Origin: Pseudomonadota bacterium
GTDB lineage: Bacteria; Pseudomonadota; Alphaproteobacteria; Rhodobacterales; Rhodobacteraceae
Reading direction: 5' to 3'
Assembly (NCBI GenBank): GCA_021845805.1
Contig: JAJZVD010000008.1
Coordinates: 2,739 to 66,738 of the forward strand
DNA length: 64,000 nucleotides
Shown: positions 59,194-64,000 of the stretch, piece by piece
Position numbering within the stretch: the stretch's first letter is position 1
Layout of the letters: the number at the start of each line of letters is the position of its first letter
Notes under the pieces: model-generated
What the model saw: only the letters and a program-made list of their open reading frames with translations
What the model was told of the DNA's origin: nothing
Databases searched by the model: none
Program-made: the position numbers and the translations under genes

Positions 59194-60096
59194 TTGCACG
59201 AGGAAACGGTTGGGCCGGTGGAATGGCCCACGATCCTGCTGCTGGTGGCGACCTATGCGGTCTGGGCGCTGGGCACCACCTGGCTGGTGGCCTGGTCGCT
59301 GCCGCTGGCCATCGTGGTGACCGGGGTGGCGATCGCGCAGTTCTCCTCGCTTCAGCACGAGGTGCTGCACGGCCATCCGTTCCGCAACGCCGCGCTGAAC
59401 CATGCGCTGGTGTTCCCGGCGCTGTCGCCCTTCATCCCCTTTCTGCGCTTTCAGCAGACCCACCTGGCGCATCACCACGACCCGATCCTGACCGACCCCT
59501 ATGACGACCCGGAGTCGAACTTTCAGGACCCGGCCGTCTGGGCGCGGATGCCGCGTCGGCTCAGGGCGGTGTTCCGGCTGAACAACACGCTGCTGGGGCG
59601 GATGCTGATCGGCCCGGTGCTGGGCACGGCGCTGTTCCTGCGCGGCGACATCCGGCTGCTGCGGGCGGGCGATGCCGGGGTGGCGCGGGCCTGGCGCCTG
59701 CATGCGGGGGGCGTCGGGCTTCTGCTTCTGTGGCTCTGGGGGGTGGGGGCGATGCCGGTCTGGGCCTACCTGGCTGCGACCTGGCTCGGCTACGGGCTTC
59801 TGAAGATCCGCACCTACCTGGAACATCGCGCGCATGAAAAGCCGCGCGCGCGCACCGTCATCATCGAGGACCGCGGGCCGCTGGCACTTCTGTTCCTGAA
59901 CAACAACCTGCATGTCGTGCATCACCAGCACCCGGCAGTGCCGTGGTACCGGCTGCCCGCGCTTTATGCCGAGGGGCGCGCCCGCTTTCTGGCCTGCAAC
60001 GAAGGTTACGTCTACCGCTCCTACGCGCAGATCTTCCGCACCCATCTGGTGAAGGCCAAGGACCCGGTGCCGCATCCCCTGTACCGCGGCCGCTGA
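59194..60096 (+). CDS. Fatty acid desaturase-family membrane di-iron enzyme
   Basis: Three His boxes QHEVLHGH, HLAHH and HVVHH, plus EH in TYLEHR; TTG start with AGGGGG RBS. Confidence 0.9.
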   Translation: MHEETVGPVEWPTILLLVATYAVWALGTTWLVAWSLPLAIVVTGVAIAQFSSLQHEVLHGHPFRNAALNHALVFPALSPFIPFLRFQQTHLAHHHDPILTDPYDDPESNFQDPAVWARMPRRLRAVFRLNNTLLGRMLIGPVLGTALFLRGDIRLLRAGDAGVARAWRLHAGGVGLLLLWLWGVGAMPVWAYLAATWLGYGLLKIRTYLEHRAHEKPRARTVIIEDRGPLALLFLNNNLHVVHHQHPAVPWYRLPALYAEGRARFLACNEGYVYRSYAQIFRTHLVKAKDPVPHPLYRGR

Positions 60097-60138
60097 ACGG
60101 GGGTTCCGCCCCGGCGGGGCGCGTGCCACAAGGGCCCG

Positions 60139-61035
60139 ATGATGCCCCTGTGGATTCCCGTCACCCTCTTTGCCGCGACCGTGCAGGCGATCCGCTTCTC
60201 GTTGCAGAAGCGGTTGAAGGGGATTGGCCTGTCGACCGGGGGGGCAACCTTTTCGCGTTTCTTTTTCGCGGCCCCGCTGGCGGCGCTGGCGGCGGCGGTG
60301 CTGATCTGGGCCGGGGGGCAGGGGATGCCCGCGCTGGGGGCCCGGTTCTGGGCCTTCGCGGTGGCAGGCGGGATCAGCCAGATCCTGGCCACCTTCTTCA
60401 CCGTCGCCCTGTTTTCGCAGCGAAGCTTCGCCGTGGGCATCGCCTTCACCAAGACCGAGACGGTGCAGGTTGCGCTGTTCTCGGGGCTGATCCTGGGCGA
60501 TCACCTGACGGGCTGGGGTTGGCTTGCGGTGCTGCTGGGCGTGGCGGGCGTGATCCTGCTGTCGCATCCGCCCCGGGCCAGCGGCGAGACGTTGTTCAAC
60601 CGCGGCACGCTGCTGGGTCTGGCGGCGGGGGCGCTGTTCGGGATTTCGGCCATCGGCTATCGCGGCGCGACGCTGGAGATTGCGCGCGACGATCCGCTGT
60701 TGCGCGCGGCGCTGGCGCTGGCCTGCGTCACGACCTTCCAGACGCTGGCCATGGGCGCCTGGCTGCGCTGGCGCGAGCCGGGCGAGATCACCCGGGTCGC
60801 CCGGGCCTGGCGGCCGACCGGGCTTGTCGGGCTTGCGGGCGTCGTGGGCTCGTTCGGCTGGTTCACCGCCTTCACGCTGGAAAACGCCGCCTATGTGCGC
60901 AGCCTGGGCCAGATCGACCTGGTGCTGTCGGCGGTGATCTCGGTCATCTGGTTCCACGAACGGCTGCGCCTGGCCGAGGTGGTCGGGATGTTGCTCCTGA
61001 TGGCGGGGATCGTGCTCATTGTGGAGATGGGGTAA
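60139..61035 (+). CDS. DMT/EamA family transporter
   Basis: About 10 TM helices; SFAVGIAFTKTE.VQVA, AAYVRSLGQI.L...FHERL. Confidence 0.9.
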   Translation: MMPLWIPVTLFAATVQAIRFSLQKRLKGIGLSTGGATFSRFFFAAPLAALAAAVLIWAGGQGMPALGARFWAFAVAGGISQILATFFTVALFSQRSFAVGIAFTKTETVQVALFSGLILGDHLTGWGWLAVLLGVAGVILLSHPPRASGETLFNRGTLLGLAAGALFGISAIGYRGATLEIARDDPLLRAALALACVTTFQTLAMGAWLRWREPGEITRVARAWRPTGLVGLAGVVGSFGWFTAFTLENAAYVRSLGQIDLVLSAVISVIWFHERLRLAEVVGMLLLMAGIVLIVEMG

Positions 61036-61039
61036 GCCG

Positions 61040-61322
61040 CTCGCCCCGCCGCTGCCGACCGCAGGACGGGCGCGGTGGGATGAGAGAGACGGGGTGGACG
61101 GACGCACCGCCTCCCCCGGCCCGGTGAGCAGCGCGAAGCGCCCCCGGGCCAGCGCCCGACCGCCCCGGAGGGCGGGCGCTTCCGTTACGGACCCGCGCGG
61201 CCTCACCCGCGGGAGGAACCTCACCATGAAGCACAGACCGTCACCCGCTCGGCGCCCCCCTCGGTCGGGCGCTGGCCCTGTGTGGTCAGAGACGGTGTGG
61301 GCGCGCGCCGTGCCTCCCCCCG
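61040..61322 (+). repeat. Composite palindromic repeat array C
   Basis: Core at 61140-61181 (loop CGGA); second module at 61226; inverted copy at 61262-61278; leading half-unit from about 61040. Confidence 0.9.
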
Positions 61323-61324
61323 CC

Positions 61325-61855
61325 CTAGTTCCCCGCCGTGCCGGCTGCGGGTTCCGCGGCCTTCTCGCGTGCGGCGTCGCGGCGGGCGTGGCGTTCCATG
61401 CTCTGCTCCAGCCGGTCGGCGAAGGCGGCGCGCTCGGCCGGGGTCATCGCGGCGATGCGTTCCATCAGCAGCCGCTGGCCCAGGCCCAGCCAGGTGTCGG
61501 TGCGCGCCTTCTGCCGCACCATCACGTCGGCAAAGACCTGCGGGTCGTAGACCGGCGTCCTCAGCGCCGCCAGCAGCGCTTGCAGGTCCGACCGCATCTC
61601 GGCCCGCTGGGCGCGCAAACCCTTGGCCTGTTCGACGAACGCATGTTGCAGCGCCGTGCGATCCTCGGGCGAGAGCGCCTCTGTGAAGGGTCCGAAGGCA
61701 AGGTTGCGCACCGGCGGCAGCGGTGGCCGCAACTCGTGCCGCAGCGCGAGCCCGCCCAGCGTGCCAAGGATCACCAGGTTCAGCCCCAGCGACACGATCA
61801 GCGCGATGCGCAGGCCGCTGCGCGGGGGGACGGCGGGGGGGGTGGTGTCGGTCAT
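61325..61855 (-). CDS. Periplasmic heavy-metal sensor family (CnrX/ZraP/Spy-like) protein
   Basis: N-terminal TM IALIVSLGLNLVILG; helical hairpin ...ALSPEDR..L...R.....L..AL...YDP...AMTPAERAAFA..L. Confidence 0.82.
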   Translation of the reverse strand: MTDTTPPAVPPRSGLRIALIVSLGLNLVILGTLGGLALRHELRPPLPPVRNLAFGPFTEALSPEDRTALQHAFVEQAKGLRAQRAEMRSDLQALLAALRTPVYDPQVFADVMVRQKARTDTWLGLGQRLLMERIAAMTPAERAAFADRLEQSMERHARRDAAREKAAEPAAGTAGN

Positions 61856-61858
61856 CTC

Positions 61859-62266
61859 TCAGCCCTGGGTCAGCACGGTGTCGATGGCGGGGATCAGATC
61901 CAGCCCGTCCAGCATGGTCGCGGCATTGTCGCCAAGCACGGTCTGCGACACCGTGCGGGTCAGCGGCGCGATCTGGTCGGGCGGGCTGAACCCCAGCCAG
62001 AGCCCGGCGAGCGTTGCGCTGAGCAGCCCCGCCAGCGCCCCGCGTCCGCCCAGCGTCTCGCTCAGCCGCCGCCAGAGCCCCGGCCGCGCCGCCGTAGCGG
62101 GCCGTGTCACGGGCCGCGCCGCGGCCGCCTGCACCGCCGCCGCATCGGCAAGGATCCGGGCCATCAGCGCATCGGGCAGCGCATCGGGCACCGTTGCGGG
62201 CCCCTGGGCCCGCCCCGCCGCGAAGAAGGCCTCGAGCCCGTCGAAGTCGTCGCTGTTCTCAGCCAT
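61859..62266 (-). CDS. Putative single-pass anti-sigma factor
   Basis: Overlaps the sigma gene 3' end; ...LEAFFAAGR...LMARILADA, then TM GALAGLLSATLAGLWLGF. Confidence 0.75.
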   Translation of the reverse strand: MAENSDDFDGLEAFFAAGRAQGPATVPDALPDALMARILADAAAVQAAAARPVTRPATAARPGLWRRLSETLGGRGALAGLLSATLAGLWLGFSPPDQIAPLTRTVSQTVLGDNAATMLDGLDLIPAIDTVLTQG

Positions 62267-62843
62267 GACCATACCCCAGTTCCTCGCGCCGGCCGGACAA
62301 TGCCGCAACCAGCGCCCGTTTCCCGCGGGCGGTCAGACTTTCGACCGCCTCCACGCCGATGTCCATCACCTCGGCGATCTCGGGGTTGGACAGCCCCTCG
62401 AGATGCCGCAGGATCACCGCCTGCCGCTGCCGCTCGGGCAGTTGGGCCAGCGCTTCCTGCAAGGCGCGGGCCCGGTCGGCGTCCAGCAGGTCGTCCTCGG
62501 GCGCCGCGCGCCCGTCGGGCATCTCCGGCACCGAGGCGATGTCGACCGGCCGCTTGCGCCGCAGCCGGTCGGTGCAAAGATTGCTGGCCACCCGGTAAAG
62601 CCAGGTTCCCACCTGCGCCTCGCCCGGCCGCCAGTCGGCCGCGATCCGCCACAGCCGCAGCATCGCCTCTTGCGTCACGTCCTCGGCCTCGGCCGCGTCG
62701 CCCAGCATCCGGGTTGCCAGCCGCAGCACCCGCGGCGCCAGCCGCAGCGTCAGCATCCGCGCGGCCTCGCCGTCGCCGTTGGCGAACATCACCAGCAGCG
62801 CATCGTCCGAGACCGCAGACATGGCGTCGTAGGGCATCGTCAT
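62259..62843 (-). CDS. ECF RNA polymerase sigma factor
   Basis: DDALL...GD.EA..., AEDVTQEAMLRLW, TWLYRVASNLCTDRLRR, LPERQRQAVILRH.EGLS..EIAE......VESL..RGKR. Confidence 0.95.
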   Translation of the reverse strand: MTMPYDAMSAVSDDALLVMFANGDGEAARMLTLRLAPRVLRLATRMLGDAAEAEDVTQEAMLRLWRIAADWRPGEAQVGTWLYRVASNLCTDRLRRKRPVDIASVPEMPDGRAAPEDDLLDADRARALQEALAQLPERQRQAVILRHLEGLSNPEIAEVMDIGVEAVESLTARGKRALVAALSGRREELGYGHG

Positions 62844-62884
62844 CGCGCCTCTGGCCTAGCCCGAATCCTCAGCACCGGCAATCG

Positions 62885-62914
62885 GCCGCGCCCGGCAGGC
62901 ATGCCGGGCGCGGC
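62885..62914. terminator. 13-bp stem hairpin between the EF-hand gene and the ECF sigma gene
   Basis: GCCGCGCCCGGCA-GGCA-TGCCGGGCGCGGC; no clear U-tract. Confidence 0.5.
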
Positions 62915-62924
62915 AGGGTCCGGT

Positions 62925-64000
62925 TCAGTTCCCGGTCTCGTCCGCCGGGGCCTGCGTCGCGCCATCGGCAGGCGGCGGGGGTGGCATCATCCCGCCCGCC
63001 TCGCCGCGGCCGCGATGGTGCCAGCCGCCGGGGCCGTGATCGTCCATCGCCCGCAGGAAGGCCTTCTGGGTCACGTTGCCGTCCTTGTCGGTCGGCATGC
63101 CGGTCAGGATCATGCCAAGCGGGGCCGCCGCCAGTTCCTCGATGCCGATCTTGCCGTCGCCGTTCAGGTCCATCCGCTTGACCATCTCGGCGGCATGGGC
63201 GGCGATGCGGGGCGCGATTCGGGTCATCGCGGCGGCGGTCAGCTCGTCAGCGCCGATGACCCCGTCGCCGCTCGTGTCCAGCGCCTTCACCCGCGCCAGC
63301 TTCCATGCGGCATAGCTGTCGGCGGTGATGAAGCCCTGATGCGTGGGGTCAAGGTCGGCGAAGCTTGGCCCGCCCTCGGGCAGGAAGACCCAGGCGCCGA
63401 CCGGCATCATGCCGCCGCCCATCAGGCCCATCATCCCATCGTGGGCATGCCCCATCATGCCGCGCGGGCCGCCTTCGCCCCGCCGCTCCATGCCGCCGCG
63501 GGCGGCCCAGTGCCCGTCCATCCCCTTGCCGGGGCCCTTGCCCCCTTGGCCGTCCATCGCCTTGCGGTCCTGCATCGCCTTCACCGTATCGAAGGTCGCC
63601 TCGGTGATCTTGCCGCCGCCTGCCTTCAGCATCCGGTCCACCATCCGGTCCATCGGCCAGGGCATCGCCGCCAGCGCCGCGACCGTCACCTTGCCGTCGC
63701 CCGCCGTGTCGGCGCGCTTGAGCATCTCGGCCGCGCGGCCCGCCACCTGTTCCTGCGCCATCTGGGTCATCTTGGCGGCGATCTCGTCGGCGGTCAGGTA
63801 GCCGTCATGGTTGGCGTCCAGCCCCGCGATCTGCCCGGCCACATAGGCGCGCATCTCGTCCGGGCTCAGCACCTTGTCGCCATTCGCGTCGATCCGGGCA
63901 AAGAGCGCGGCTGCGGGCGGGGCAGGCGGCGCGGGCGGGGTCTGCGCCAGCGCGACGGTCCCGATGGCGCCTGCCATCACCGCCGTCAGCGTCAGGGCGG
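62925..64000 (-). CDS. Exported multi-EF-hand protein (5' end probably beyond right edge)
   Basis: The frame stays open to the edge (ALTLTAVMAGAIGTVALAQ, part of a signal peptide); EF loops DANGDKVLSPDE, DANHDGYLTADE, DTSGDGVIGADE and DLNGDGKIGIEE plus degenerate loops. Confidence 0.85.
   Translation of the reverse strand, partial: ALTLTAVMAGAIGTVALAQTPPAPPAPPAAALFARIDANGDKVLSPDEMRAYVAGQIAGLDANHDGYLTADEIAAKMTQMAQEQVAGRAAEMLKRADTAGDGKVTVAALAAMPWPMDRMVDRMLKAGGGKITEATFDTVKAMQDRKAMDGQGGKGPGKGMDGHWAARGGMERRGEGGPRGMMGHAHDGMMGLMGGGMMPVGAWVFLPEGGPSFADLDPTHQGFITADSYAAWKLARVKALDTSGDGVIGADELTAAAMTRIAPRIAAHAAEMVKRMDLNGDGKIGIEELAAAPLGMILTGMPTDKDGNVTQKAFLRAMDDHGPGGWHHRGRGEAGGMMPPPPPADGATQAPADETGN

Noticed and set aside
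51860-61322. Repeat arrays as a CRISPR array
   Set aside because: The period is about 205 bp, linkers are related to each other rather than unique, units contain a second conserved module, there are only 1-3 units per cluster, and no cas genes are in the window.
62925-64000. EF-hand protein as lanmodulin
   Set aside because: Much larger than lanmodulin, and the canonical loops lack the D-P-D-x-D-G-T signature; the one DP loop is degenerate.

Overview
A high-GC (about 70% by eye) chromosomal segment from an alphaproteobacterium, most consistent with Rhodobacteraceae/Paracoccaceae by gene content and order. It is mostly core housekeeping DNA: rimO (partial), argD-argF, gcrA, hrpB, meaB, rpmB, lepA, glyA, NAD kinase, prpE, maeB, a nucleoside salvage operon (cupin-cdd-deoA-deoB-add-upp), a beta-oxidation cluster under a LiuR-like MerR regulator, putA/putR, tRNA-Leu(TAA), metG, and an ECF sigma/anti-sigma/metal-sensor/EF-hand cluster running off the right edge. 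I found no integrase, transposase, phage, CRISPR-Cas or recognisable defence genes. The most distinctive non-coding signal is three clusters (about 51860-52420, 54285-54760, 61040-61322) of a roughly 205-bp composite palindromic repeat. It has a 42-bp core that is invariant except for its 4-nt loop, a linker fixed in length (43-44 nt) but variable in sequence, and an internal inverted copy, so it resembles a BIME/REPIN. Two further unrelated REP-like families occur. Several regulatory sites can be read directly: CueR, FnrL and LiuR boxes and a triple GANTC/GcrA-type motif. The main protein-level items worth follow-up are a sensor-less hybrid kinase coupled to a LuxO-like sigma54 activator, a CnrYXH-like ECF module with an 8-loop EF-hand protein, an XRE/desaturase/DMT module and a probable pseudo-M48 peptidase. 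I cannot claim a definitively new system from sequence alone.
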